Assembly (NCBI GenBank): GCA_050951545.1
Contig: JBMNJG010000007.1
Location: 1-64,000, forward strand
DNA length: 64,000 bases
Direction: 5' to 3'
DNA from: Limnochordia bacterium
GTDB lineage: Bacteria; Bacillota; Limnochordia; DTU080
Under the pieces are notes generated by a model. It saw nothing but the letters and a program-made list of their open reading frames with translations. It was not told the origin of the DNA and ran no database searches. Shown here in pieces: positions 1 to 10,186 of the stretch; positions within the stretch are counted from its first letter, which is position 1, and every line of letters begins with the position of its first letter. A program made the translations under genes and the position numbers.

Positions 1-195
1 CACAACTGCTCCGGGGCCATCTGTCGCCGGAGCAGTCTCCATATTAGGCAGGTGGTCAGGCAGCAGGGTCTGGATGGCGTCAGCTCGTGTTGGCAGCCCA
101 CGTGTCAGGCGATACCCCTTAAGCTGTACGTCGGCTCGGGCCAGGTACTGGATGAACTCACTGGCCTCTCGCAGGTGTGCTGCTCCCTGCGGCAC
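1..195 (-). CDS. Partial ORF running off the window edge, resembling the C-terminal lobe of a sugar SBP (possible fragment)
   Basis: Manual translation from GTG at 195: VPQGAAHLREASEFIQYLARADVQLKGYRLTRGLPTRADA..., similar to the 'AxxxxxxHxxEAWEFxxYL...LPTR' segment of the SBPs in this window. Confidence 0.35.
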   Translation of the reverse strand, partial: MPQGAAHLREASEFIQYLARADVQLKGYRLTRGLPTRADAIQTLLPDHLPNMETAPATDGPGAVV

Positions 196-235
196 AGCCC
201 CACCCCCAGTCCTTGTCGGTTTCCTAGTCCCGTCT

Positions 236-3200
236 TTACTCCGTTATCAAGAACCCACAGACTTCGCCAGTATGCGTACCAACCATCACCACCTCGTTGC
301 CAGCGGTATCTTCCAGGGTCTCTATGAAGGTGGGTACTCCCCTTACAGCACCCAGTCTCAGGACCTGCCCTTGGTGATTAAGAAGACTGATAGTGCCATC
401 CTCCGAGCCGACGATTATCTGCGAAGTGGGAGCTCCAGGCGTGTGGACAATACGTAGAGTCGTAGGTGGGCTGGACAAACGCAAGGCCCAGACCTTCTGT
501 AACTGGTAATCGAGTGCCACTACATAACCGCTCCAGAGCCCCACTACTACCTCCTGCGTACCGTCTCCGTCCAGATCAGCGATATCCATATCGCGTACGT
601 TGCGGGTGTCGTAGTTGCTTTGTCGCCACCCGCGGCCGCCATAGCCCGGCCCCGGACCAAAGCTTGCATCGTAGAGTGCTCTACCGTTGAGCTCCCAAGC
701 CGTTACGCGGTTATACGTGCCATTGATGTCGCTGATCACAAGCTTGGTGCCATCGCCAGCCAGATCCTCGTAGAACAGGCGGTGGCGGTTCATGGCCGAC
801 CAGCCGCCTACGTAGGTGGCGTCTGCGGGCACGCTGTTGAAGCTGCGGGGGTCAGCGCTGAGGACTCGGTTGTTGATGACCGCGACATCATTCGTGCCAT
901 TGTGTTTGCGCCCGGCCAGCAGATTAAGCGAGTCATTGGGTCCGGGCACAATGGCGAAGACAGAAGAGAGCCCCCAGAAAACCGGCAAGCGCTTGATAAG
1001 CTGCCCGTGTTCATCGATGATCTCGAGCGTGCAGGCGCTACCGACAAAGGCTTGGCTTTTGCCGTCTAGGAATACGCCAGTATACAGGCCATGGATCCCA
1101 TTTTGACCCGGGGCACTCTTAAACCAGTACTGTTTGGCGGCTCGAAAGACAGCCGGATCCATCTCCGACACGAAGACCCACTGGCGCTGCCCCTCAGTGT
1201 CAAAGGCGATCACTTTCTCATCCACGCATCCGGCCAGCAGCAACTGATGATCAGGCCACCAGCGCAGCATGCGGATCTGTCCGTCTGTCTGCATCTGCCG
1301 GACAATGTGTCCATCCGCAGCTATGAGATGGATTGTCTTGCCGCTGGACACGGCCAGAAGAGGACCAGCAGGTGTGGCCAGGCTGATCATGTCTGTGATC
1401 TGCCCGCCGACATTGGCACTCGCGATCCGCTGCAGAGCGGGCAGCTCAAGCTCAGCCTCTGTGTCTCGGGCCTCACGCTTGGCCGTACGCTGGCTCTCGC
1501 CTTTCGCGAGCAGGTTCTGGAGGTTTGTCTGAGTATGAGCTAGCATGGCCGTCCTGGGGCGGGCACTGAGAATGCGGTGACGACCAGCTGGCAGTGGCAA
1601 GAGCGATGCGCCGTCGGAGTTGCGTTCCAGTGCCTTCTGCTCACCGTTGACGGTAATCTGAGCGTCTTCCAAGGCGAGCTGAAGAAGCGTATCTTGAGTG
1701 GCGATCACAACCAACTCACCCGTGGCGTAATCCCAATCGATGTCTACGGGGTGACTGGCTACAAGCAGCGGCTGGTCGAGCCCCAGGCGAGACAGCTTGA
1801 GGCCAAAGGCGTGGTCGCTTGCCAACACGGCTACTTCGGCCTCGGTGTGGCCATACTGGCCCACAAGCGCCAGCGCTGGCGCCGGTAAGGCCAGGGCAGC
1901 GGCATTCGCAGACAGGGCGTAGCATTCACCTCTTGGTGCTCCTAGCAGTGTGAAGAAGCGCTGCTGCTGCCCCACTTGCACAGCATCGGACCACTCCATG
2001 GTCAGGATCTGTCCCTCAAGGGATGTGCGCATCAGCTCAGAGGTGCGTATGGGTCTGATCACACCACCGCTGGGGAGGTCGAGCTCCCACTTGATCTGGA
2101 CCTCCATATTGCCGGCGTCTTCCCGGAAGGTAAGATCGTCCACAAACAGCGCGTATTTCCCCGTGCGCTGAATCAGTGAGCGCCGCCAACTTGAATAGGC
2201 GGCATTGGGTACCTCTGCTATTACCGCCGCGGTCTTACCTACCACATCGGCGAGCTTCAGTGCCGCGTTCATGGCTATGTGGGGCTCAACCATGCCGTCA
2301 GCCTTGGTAAGCAGCTGGTTGTGGTAGCCCTTGAGAATGGGAGTACCCTGCAGCCGAAGCTCTAGGACTGCAAAGGTGTGGTAGGGGTTACGCGAAGCGC
2401 CGTTGAATCCGTCGATCAGAATATAGTCGCCAGTATGATCAGCTGTACTCCGATAACTGCCGAAACTGAACGATTCCTCTAAGGCCAGTCCATCTTGGCG
2501 GACGGCCCACTCATGCGGTAGCAGATGGCGGATGCTCCACTTGCCAATGAGGTCAACGGGGTCACTGGGTTGCAAGCTGTCGTCAGGCCAGAAAGACTGA
2601 CCGAGTCGGAACGTGTCAGTGTCTAGCACCGTGCGTTCACGGTAACGGAGCCAGCGCCCGTCGCCCGTGACGTAGGCTGCCTTGTGGAGATGACCCAGGG
2701 ATGCATACTGCAATGCCCAGTCAGGTATACGCCCGGAGATCAGCATCTCTTGGGCGCGCAAGAGTTCGTCTACCACACCATTGTCGACTGGTCGGCGATC
2801 GCCACTCATAACGAGATAGGTGAAGATTGGGGCGATGCCCGTGTTGTACCAGTAGAGATTGTCACTCTCGCCGCCGACACTACCGTACTTATGTAGCGAC
2901 CCAAAGTGATTGAGCGACCCGTAGACCGCGTAGTCCCAGACGCGGTCACCGTACTCTTTCTGGAAATAGCGTCCGAGGGCGTACATAGAGATGGCCGACC
3001 ACTGCCCATGGCGGCTGCCTACGGCGGTGGGAACGGATCTGCCATAGATGCCTTCGTCACGTCGGTGCTTCAGTTGCCGCGAAAAGGCATTGGTCACTTG
3101 CAGGCGCTCAGCATCGGTAAAGACTGGGCTTTCTTCGATGAGGTCCCAGAAGAGAATCATCATGTGGGCATTGTAGTGGTAGGGACCAGCGAGTGGATCG

Positions 3201-4576
3201 TCTTTGTTCTCGATCATCTCGCCATCGTTATCGGCGATCCACTCTTTCGTCTGATCATCTGGGAAAGCCAGCCGCAGGAACTCGCGGGCGTGCACCGGAT
3301 CGCCCGTCATGTAGTACAAGGCCATGCGTTTGCTGATCGAGTTCCAGCCAAAGTAACCCGAAGAGCCGTAACCCACCGAGGCTTCCCAGGTCTGCACCTG
3401 GTCTAGGCGCGTGGGCACTTGCATACCGCTACCCAACTGAATATCCATCAGCCAGCCTAGGGTGAGCAGGCCTGGTGTCGCAGCGGCCTCTTCGATTGCG
3501 CCTACCAGCACAGCCGTGGCTTGGGCGACGCCCTCTGTGTCACTGCCGCCGACAAAGATCACGTTTTTGCCATCGCCAAAGGGGCTGTGCAATGTGCGGA
3601 CCTCGTGGCCGCTGGTTCCTGGGTACTTCAGATCGAGGAGCGTGAAGTAGAGGTCGTAGAGCGCGCTGATGGTCTTGTTGGTGGAGCGGTTACCCAAGAC
3701 GATAAGGTTGCTTGCCAAAGGCGGCGTCTCTTCCGCTATGGGTTGCTTAGGCTTGAGGGCCTCAGGGCCTGCCCAGTGCCCAGGCACATGTACGGCGGCC
3801 CGGGGGTCGTCCTCTGTCACGATGGGCACCTCGACACCTGTGCGCCCCGCGATAGCCCTCTGGATACTGAGAGCTTGCGCATCGTAGATACCGGACTCCG
3901 GGACCACAATGTGCGCCTGTGGATGGCCATCACGGACAAGGTCGGTTTCCCGATGGAGCTTCTTGAGTGTGGCATAAACGGGCGGTTCAGGATCAGGCAT
4001 CGCATCAATGTCGGCGCCTGTGATCAGCTCTACACTGCGCACGATCACCTGCGGGGTAGGGGCGGCATGCGTATAGATGTAGATGGTGATACGTGTGGTG
4101 TCTGCAGGGGCCATGCCCGAGACGGACACCTCTGCAAAATCCTCTGTGTCCTCGGTATTCAGGCCTGTCTGAAACAGCTTGCCCGATGGCAGAAAGCGCA
4201 GCTGCATGTAGGCGCCATGGGTTGAGGCATTGGGCACCGCCTTGATCTGCGCAGTCACTTGGTAGCCGAGCCCTGGCTCGGCGGAAACTGTCTGAGACAG
4301 ACCGATCTCCCCATCGGCTCCCCGGGGCAATGACACTCCGTCGGTGATCAGCAGCCCCCGCTGGGCTGGATCGTCTTCAGCGACGACCGTGACACTGTTT
4401 CCACCAGTCATCTTGCCGTAAAGGCTCCAACCGCTGGGCGGTATACGCCCCTCCGCCCCTGCGAAGGTGGGATTCTGGAGAAGGTTTTCGGCCCCTAGGC
4501 AGGGCGAGCTTAAGGCCAGGAGGGTCAGCATAATGGCACCTATCATGGAGATCATTCGAGCATTCAGAAACGACAT
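236..4576 (-). CDS. Large secreted multidomain protein: signal peptide, CBM-like domain, alpha-helical/heparinase II-III-like core, C-terminal FG-GAP/beta-propeller
   Basis: Long ORF; start reassigned to ATG 4576 (GAGGTG RBS, signal peptide ending ...SPCLGA-ENLLQNPTF, a CBM-type start); DLAGDG and DLDGDGTQEVVVG repeats. Confidence 0.7.
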   Translation of the reverse strand: MSFLNARMISMIGAIMLTLLALSSPCLGAENLLQNPTFAGAEGRIPPSGWSLYGKMTGGNSVTVVAEDDPAQRGLLITDGVSLPRGADGEIGLSQTVSAEPGLGYQVTAQIKAVPNASTHGAYMQLRFLPSGKLFQTGLNTEDTEDFAEVSVSGMAPADTTRITIYIYTHAAPTPQVIVRSVELITGADIDAMPDPEPPVYATLKKLHRETDLVRDGHPQAHIVVPESGIYDAQALSIQRAIAGRTGVEVPIVTEDDPRAAVHVPGHWAGPEALKPKQPIAEETPPLASNLIVLGNRSTNKTISALYDLYFTLLDLKYPGTSGHEVRTLHSPFGDGKNVIFVGGSDTEGVAQATAVLVGAIEEAAATPGLLTLGWLMDIQLGSGMQVPTRLDQVQTWEASVGYGSSGYFGWNSISKRMALYYMTGDPVHAREFLRLAFPDDQTKEWIADNDGEMIENKDDPLAGPYHYNAHMMILFWDLIEESPVFTDAERLQVTNAFSRQLKHRRDEGIYGRSVPTAVGSRHGQWSAISMYALGRYFQKEYGDRVWDYAVYGSLNHFGSLHKYGSVGGESDNLYWYNTGIAPIFTYLVMSGDRRPVDNGVVDELLRAQEMLISGRIPDWALQYASLGHLHKAAYVTGDGRWLRYRERTVLDTDTFRLGQSFWPDDSLQPSDPVDLIGKWSIRHLLPHEWAVRQDGLALEESFSFGSYRSTADHTGDYILIDGFNGASRNPYHTFAVLELRLQGTPILKGYHNQLLTKADGMVEPHIAMNAALKLADVVGKTAAVIAEVPNAAYSSWRRSLIQRTGKYALFVDDLTFREDAGNMEVQIKWELDLPSGGVIRPIRTSELMRTSLEGQILTMEWSDAVQVGQQQRFFTLLGAPRGECYALSANAAALALPAPALALVGQYGHTEAEVAVLASDHAFGLKLSRLGLDQPLLVASHPVDIDWDYATGELVVIATQDTLLQLALEDAQITVNGEQKALERNSDGASLLPLPAGRHRILSARPRTAMLAHTQTNLQNLLAKGESQRTAKREARDTEAELELPALQRIASANVGGQITDMISLATPAGPLLAVSSGKTIHLIAADGHIVRQMQTDGQIRMLRWWPDHQLLLAGCVDEKVIAFDTEGQRQWVFVSEMDPAVFRAAKQYWFKSAPGQNGIHGLYTGVFLDGKSQAFVGSACTLEIIDEHGQLIKRLPVFWGLSSVFAIVPGPNDSLNLLAGRKHNGTNDVAVINNRVLSADPRSFNSVPADATYVGGWSAMNRHRLFYEDLAGDGTKLVISDINGTYNRVTAWELNGRALYDASFGPGPGYGGRGWRQSNYDTRNVRDMDIADLDGDGTQEVVVGLWSGYVVALDYQLQKVWALRLSSPPTTLRIVHTPGAPTSQIIVGSEDGTISLLNHQGQVLRLGAVRGVPTFIETLEDTAGNEVVMVGTHTGEVCGFLITE

Positions 4577-4796
4577 AATTGGCACCTCGCAGGGGACTAG
4601 CATTGGATCATTCTTCTCGTCGGCGTTGCCAAGTCCTTGGGGCTCGGCGCGATGAATGAGCGTTGTCGTGGGGAAAGGGCTGACTTTGCCAAACCACACC
4701 GTGCTAGAGGTCTTTCCCAGGGAGGCGCCTAATTTAAACCAGGTGACTACAAATGGCAGCGATGCGATGTCAAGACGACGGCAGGAGCGATGACAG

Positions 4797-5816
4797 ATGC
4801 CCACGGTGCGAGAGCGCTTTCAGGCCGTGATGTTACACGGTGACGTGAGCCTAGGTTTTCCTGTGATAGAATGGGCGAGTTGGTGGGATCAGACGGTCCG
4901 CAGTTGGGTCGAGCAGGGCGCGCCAGCGAAAAACCTCGAGGAGTGGTTCGATCTGGACGTTCATCGCCAGATCTGGGTTCGTCCTCGAGGGCGGGGATGC
5001 CCCGCAGTGCCCTACCACGGGGGGCCTGTGTTGGGCACAGAATGGGACTACGATCGGTTGCTGGCCCACCTCTTCAAGCTGCCGAGCTTTGACGTGCCGC
5101 TCATGGAGCGTTACCGCGCCGAGCAAGAGCGCGGCGATTCCATCCTGTGGCTGACGCTCGAGGGCCCGTTTTGGTTCCCACGGACACTCTTTGGCATCCA
5201 TGAGCACTTGCTGGCCTTTTACGATCAGCCTCAGCTGATGAAGCGCATGAACGAGGATTTGGCAGAGTTCAGCATCCGGGCGGTGGACGCGGTCTGCCAG
5301 CATTTCACCCCGGATTTCATCACCTTTGCGGAGGACATGTCATACAACCATGGGCCGATGATCTCTTACGACATGATGGATGAGTTTATGAAGCCGTATT
5401 ATCAGCGCGTGATTCCAGCCCTCACAAAACGCGGCATCATTCCCATCATTGACAGTGACGGCTTTGTGGAGTCGCTCATCCCGTGGTTTCGTCGCCAGGG
5501 GCTGCAGGGGATTCTGCCTTTGGAGAGAATGGCCGGGGTGGACGTTAATCGCATTCGCGGAGAACACCCGGATTGGCGGATGGTAGGCGGATTTGACAAG
5601 ACTGTGATGCATAAAGGTGAGGAAGCGCTGCGCAACGAATTCGCTCGTATCAGGCCGGCGGTTCTGGCCGGTTACTTCATTCCGAGTTGCGACCATCAGA
5701 CGCCGCCAGCGGTAAGCGTAGCCGATTACCGCCTATATGTGCGCTTGATGCGCGAATTCTCCTCTGAGGTGGCGGCGCTGGCGTCACGAACGAAGCAAGG
5801 TCCGCAAGTGTCATAG
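4797..5816 (+). CDS. Uroporphyrinogen decarboxylase (URO-D/MtaA-CmuA)-like family protein
   Basis: Motifs FAEDMSYNHGPMIS, DSDG, GGFDK, IPSCDHQTPP. Confidence 0.8.
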   Translation: MPTVRERFQAVMLHGDVSLGFPVIEWASWWDQTVRSWVEQGAPAKNLEEWFDLDVHRQIWVRPRGRGCPAVPYHGGPVLGTEWDYDRLLAHLFKLPSFDVPLMERYRAEQERGDSILWLTLEGPFWFPRTLFGIHEHLLAFYDQPQLMKRMNEDLAEFSIRAVDAVCQHFTPDFITFAEDMSYNHGPMISYDMMDEFMKPYYQRVIPALTKRGIIPIIDSDGFVESLIPWFRRQGLQGILPLERMAGVDVNRIRGEHPDWRMVGGFDKTVMHKGEEALRNEFARIRPAVLAGYFIPSCDHQTPPAVSVADYRLYVRLMREFSSEVAALASRTKQGPQVS

Positions 5817-5936
5817 CCACTATACTTGCACACTTCATGTTCGGAAAAAGTAGGCTACAGGGGCTAGGCAGATGGCAAGACTTGTATAGGGTGGCCAGCT
5901 ATTTAAGTCAGTGGCCAGAGAAAGCGGAGGCGGGGT

Positions 5937-7244
5937 ATGGAGGGCCGGCACCATCTGATAGGGATCAAGGGAACAGGAGTGAGCGGGCTCGCTTGCCTTC
6001 TTCATGACTGGGGGGTGGCAGTCTCTGGGTCTGACATTCCTGATTTCGTCTTTACGCAGGTAGCTCTTGAAGAACGGGGCATTCAGGTGCAGCCCTTTGC
6101 TCCTTCCAATGTACACGGAGCGACCACTGTCATTCGTTCCGCTGCATTTGGACCATCCAATCCCGAGGTAGCTGAAGCAATGAGGCTTGAGTTGCCCATC
6201 TTTACCTACCCAGAGTATCTGGGCGTGCTCACTGCGAGGAAAGAAACCATGTGTATTTCGGGTACCCATGGTAAAACGACTACCAGTGGCATGGTTGCCC
6301 GTGTCTGGGAAGCAGCAGGCAGGGATCCGAGCTATCTGATTGGCGATGGCACGGGTCACGGCAGGCCGGGCCCTGAGCTGGTGCTTGAGGCCTGCGAATA
6401 CCGGCGCCACTTTCTCAACTACACTCCGCGCGATGCGGTGATCCTCAACATCGATTTCGATCACCCTGACTACTTTCGTGACCTGATGGATACCAAGGAG
6501 GCCTTCGGGGACTTCGCGGCCCGTGCTGGCGAGCTTGTGGTGGGTTGGGGCGATGATACTGTGGTCAGGGCCGCGCTGAAGCCTTTGGGTAAGAAGGCGG
6601 TCTACTTCGGTGAAGCGCCTAACAACGACTACGTGGCCAGCAGGCTACAGAGCAGCCCCACGGTGCAGCAGTACATGCTGCACCATCACGGTACCAGGGT
6701 CGGTCGGGTGAAGCTCGCCGTGCCAGGTACACACAATGTTCTGAACTCATTGGCTGCCGCAACTCTGGCTCTCGAAAGAGGTCTGCCCTTTCAGGCGGTG
6801 GCCGCGGGGCTGGCTACCTACAGGGGCGCTCGCCGCCGTTTCGAGGTGACCGAGGTGGGTCATGGCTTCGTTGTCGACGACTACGCGCATCATCCCACCG
6901 AGATCGCTGCTGTAATTGGTGGTGCTCGTCAGCGTTTTCCGCAGCGGCGGCTGGTCGCGGCCTTTCAGCCTCATACGTATACCCGCACAAAAGCCTTCCT
7001 ACGCGAGTTTGCTCAGTCGCTGGCCCTGGCGGATGAGGTCTTGGTCACAGAGATCTTCGGATCGGCACGTGAGAACAGCGAAGGATTTAGTGCCGCCGCC
7101 ATTGTAGAGGCGATGGATGCCCGCAAGGCACGCTTCGTAACGCTAGATCAGCTGGAAGTGATCGGTAGGGAGGCCTTGGAAGAAGGGGATGTACTCCTGC
7201 TTCTGGGGGCAGGAGACATGTACAAGGTGAAGAAGCGCTGGTAG
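5937..7244 (+). CDS. murC: UDP-N-acetylmuramate--L-alanine ligase
   Basis: HLIGIKGTGVSGLA, SGTHGKTTTS P-loop, EACEY, NIDFDHPDYF, DDYAHHPTEI, FQPHTYTRT. Confidence 0.93.
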   Translation: MEGRHHLIGIKGTGVSGLACLLHDWGVAVSGSDIPDFVFTQVALEERGIQVQPFAPSNVHGATTVIRSAAFGPSNPEVAEAMRLELPIFTYPEYLGVLTARKETMCISGTHGKTTTSGMVARVWEAAGRDPSYLIGDGTGHGRPGPELVLEACEYRRHFLNYTPRDAVILNIDFDHPDYFRDLMDTKEAFGDFAARAGELVVGWGDDTVVRAALKPLGKKAVYFGEAPNNDYVASRLQSSPTVQQYMLHHHGTRVGRVKLAVPGTHNVLNSLAAATLALERGLPFQAVAAGLATYRGARRRFEVTEVGHGFVVDDYAHHPTEIAAVIGGARQRFPQRRLVAAFQPHTYTRTKAFLREFAQSLALADEVLVTEIFGSARENSEGFSAAAIVEAMDARKARFVTLDQLEVIGREALEEGDVLLLLGAGDMYKVKKRW

Positions 7245-7296
7245 AGGCCTGGCGCCTCGGTCTGCCCGGGGTGTCGCCGCAAGGAGGACTCTGCCC

Positions 7297-8583
7297 ATGT
7301 CTGCCACTGCCAGGCAGCCCTTTCACGTGCTGGTCAAACCCAACGGCCCCGTGTGCAATCTAGGATGCACCTACTGCTATTATCTCGGGAAGACCAGTCT
7401 CTACCCCGAAACGCGTTCGTTTCGCATGTCGGAGGCGACGCTGCAGGCCTTTGTCCGCCAGTACATTGAGGGGAGTCCCCTCTCGGAGATCGACTTCGCC
7501 TGGCAGGGCGGCGAGCCCACACTGTTGGGCCTTGATTTCTTCAGGCGGGTGGTGGAGCTGCAGAAGTGTTATACTCCACCTGAAAAGAAGGTACGCAATT
7601 CCATTCAGACTAACGGTACTCTTTTGGATGACGAGTGGTGCCAATTCCTTAAGGAACGCGATTTCCTGGTGGGGCTCAGTATGGATGGGCCACAGGAGTT
7701 GCATGACCGCTATCGCCTCGACAAATCAGGGGGGCCCACTTTCGCACGCGTACTAAAGGGATTGCATCTGCTACAGGAACACGAAGTAGAACATAATGTG
7801 CTCTGTGTTGTCAACGAGTTTAATAGCCAACACCCACGTCCTTTGTATCAGTTCTTTCGAGAGCAAGGGGTGGAGTTTCTGCAGTTTATCCCCTTGGTGG
7901 AGCCTCAAGGGGACGGCAGGCTTTCGCCGCGCAGCGTCACGGCGGAGGCCTATGGTCGCTTCCTGGTGGGGGTCTTTGATGAGTGGATCCGGCGCGATGT
8001 AGGCAGGATGTTTCTACAGCTTTTTGAAGAGACGTTGGCGGCTTGGAGCGGGGGTCACCAAACGTTATGTGTCCTGCAACCGACCTGCGGCAGCGCCTTC
8101 GCTCTGGAGCACAATGGCGATGTATATTGCTGCGATCACTTTGTCTCCCCGGAATGGAAGCTGGGGAACCTGCATGATACCTCTTTGGTCGAGTTGGCAC
8201 AGCTGCCCCAGGCGCGCCAGTTCGGGCTCGACAAGCGCGACAAGCTGCCAGCTTACTGCAGTCGCTGTGAGTTTCGTTTTGTCTGCAATGGAGGCTGCCC
8301 CAAAAACCGCCTGATCAAGACTCCGGATGGCGAGGAAGGGTTGAACTACCTCTGCGCCGGGTACAAGCGCTTCTTTGCGCATGTCGCTCCGTTCATGGAG
8401 CACATGCTGGAGTTGCTTAAGCGCAGGCTCCCACCTGCGCTGATCATGGATGAGCTGCGCCGCGCCGAGGCAGAACGCTTTGCTTCCGCACAGCGCAACG
8501 ATCCCTGCCCCTGTGGCAGTGGGTTGAAATACAAGAAGTGCTGTCTGCCTAGGCGTGGGGGAGCTGAGGGAACGCGCCTATAG
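7297..8583 (+). CDS. Anaerobic sulfatase maturase (radical SAM/SPASM) with C-terminal SEC-C motif
   Basis: CNLGCTYCYY, WQGGEPTLLG, SPASM cysteines (CCDHFV, CSRC..CNGGCPK), RNDPCPCGSGLKYKKCC. Confidence 0.92.
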   Translation: MSATARQPFHVLVKPNGPVCNLGCTYCYYLGKTSLYPETRSFRMSEATLQAFVRQYIEGSPLSEIDFAWQGGEPTLLGLDFFRRVVELQKCYTPPEKKVRNSIQTNGTLLDDEWCQFLKERDFLVGLSMDGPQELHDRYRLDKSGGPTFARVLKGLHLLQEHEVEHNVLCVVNEFNSQHPRPLYQFFREQGVEFLQFIPLVEPQGDGRLSPRSVTAEAYGRFLVGVFDEWIRRDVGRMFLQLFEETLAAWSGGHQTLCVLQPTCGSAFALEHNGDVYCCDHFVSPEWKLGNLHDTSLVELAQLPQARQFGLDKRDKLPAYCSRCEFRFVCNGGCPKNRLIKTPDGEEGLNYLCAGYKRFFAHVAPFMEHMLELLKRRLPPALIMDELRRAEAERFASAQRNDPCPCGSGLKYKKCCLPRRGGAEGTRL

Positions 8584-8810
8584 GGAATGGGCGCTGTGGA
8601 ATGACCGGGTTGCCGTGCGGCTAAGATGCTCAGTTGTTTCGGATACAATAGGGGTGAACCTTGAGCTTCTGTTGGTGCTCTAACTCTGGTAAGTTAACGG
8701 AGGAACAGAGTCGTACAAAGCGAATCATATGAAATGCGGCTTCAGCAATAGGCCGTATTATGAAGAATCAGTTGTGTTTAAGTGCCAAGACGGAGGTGGC
8801 TGGAGTGTGC

Positions 8811-10067
8811 ATGTACGGGCAGCAACGTGTACGTATCGTGTTCGTGATGTTGATAGCATTGATGTGCCTGGCCGGGATCGCCCAAGCACGACAGAAGGTG
8901 TCGATCATAGGCCCGTTTACTGGGTGGGGAGATTCGCTGCAAGAGGCGTTGAATACCTTCGCTCATCGCCATGATGTGGACGTGGAACTCATCAACACGC
9001 CGGGCTGGACTCAGACGCGCGAGAAAGCGGCGGCGATGGCTGCAGCAGGCGTTCCGCCCGATGTATTGTACGGTGACGGTACCGCCATCGGCTTTTACGC
9101 TGGGCAGCATATCTCACAGCCCCTTGACGCCCTCATCGCCAGGGATATCGACTACAAGCGCTATCCGGCTGCGGTACGAGAGCTGTTCCTTATCAAGGGG
9201 AAGCTCTGGGCTCTGCCCACGGCTCTGAGTTTGCATAACACGTATTACCGGCCCGAGCTCTTTAATCAGATGGGGTTGAGTCCCATTTCCCGTGACTGGG
9301 CAAGCGATGATTTCACGTGGGACGACTTTGTGAACCTGGCTCGGAAGCTGACCCGCGATCTTGACGGTGACGGGCAGACTGATCAATATGCCACGCAGGC
9401 CTTTGGGGCTGGCGGCGGAATGACGATGCTTGGTATGTGGGGCCTGAATCTCGTGGACTACGAACTTACCCGATTCCTGGGCAACACTCCAGAGGTCATA
9501 GAGGCCCTAGAAAAGACTACCTCCCTGTGGACGGTGCATCGTGCCGTTGGTGGCAACTTCATGGCAAGCACTGCGGCCATGTATCCAGTCCAATCGTACT
9601 TTCTCAACAACTTGAGCCGGGTTAGCCCAGATTTTGACTGGGCGGTAGGTATTATGCCTAAGGGGACGCACAGGGCAAATCAGGCAGGGTTCCAAGGCCT
9701 GGCTCTGGCCGGAGAGACCCCCAATGCGGAACTGGCGTGGAAACTGCTCAAGTATCTCGCCTATGACACGGAAGGGGCCATTCCCTTCACGCGTGCTGAG
9801 AACCGAGTACCCGTTTTGCCCGACACAGGTCGAGATTTCATTAGGCGTTGGAGCAGTGTTGTCTCTCCACAGGATGTGCAAGCCATTACCGACGGTATCT
9901 CATACGTCTATGATACGCTGACCTGGCGGCATCCCAACATCAACGAGATTCATGTGAAGACGATGGCTGCAGGTGACAGAGCCACTCGGGGCGATGTCTC
10001 AGTACGCCAGGCGATGGAGGAAGTGGCACCTACCATCAACGCTTTGCTTCGAGACGGAAGTTACTAG
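8811..10067 (+). CDS. ABC transporter sugar-binding protein (family 1)
   Basis: Signal peptide ending AQA; AAGVPPDV, WDDFVNLARKLTRDLDGDGQTDQY, ELAWKLLKYL; start moved to ATG 8811 (RBS). Confidence 0.88.
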   Translation: MYGQQRVRIVFVMLIALMCLAGIAQARQKVSIIGPFTGWGDSLQEALNTFAHRHDVDVELINTPGWTQTREKAAAMAAAGVPPDVLYGDGTAIGFYAGQHISQPLDALIARDIDYKRYPAAVRELFLIKGKLWALPTALSLHNTYYRPELFNQMGLSPISRDWASDDFTWDDFVNLARKLTRDLDGDGQTDQYATQAFGAGGGMTMLGMWGLNLVDYELTRFLGNTPEVIEALEKTTSLWTVHRAVGGNFMASTAAMYPVQSYFLNNLSRVSPDFDWAVGIMPKGTHRANQAGFQGLALAGETPNAELAWKLLKYLAYDTEGAIPFTRAENRVPVLPDTGRDFIRRWSSVVSPQDVQAITDGISYVYDTLTWRHPNINEIHVKTMAAGDRATRGDVSVRQAMEEVAPTINALLRDGSY

Positions 10068-10186
10068 CGCCGATCTGTGTGGCCAACACTGTCCCTCTCC
10101 AACACTTCTGCGCCCCGATCATCTCCAGCAGATGCCTCGGGGCGCAAGCTTCTTCGCTGCGTTGAGAACGTCGCCTCTTGCTCCGG

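Noticed and set aside
4577-4804. N-terminal extensions of the ORF track (also 19968-20273, 36114-36212, 47491-47760, 54838-54930, 56303-56389)
   Set aside because: Most overlap neighbouring genes or regulatory DNA, and a better RBS and start codon lie downstream in each case
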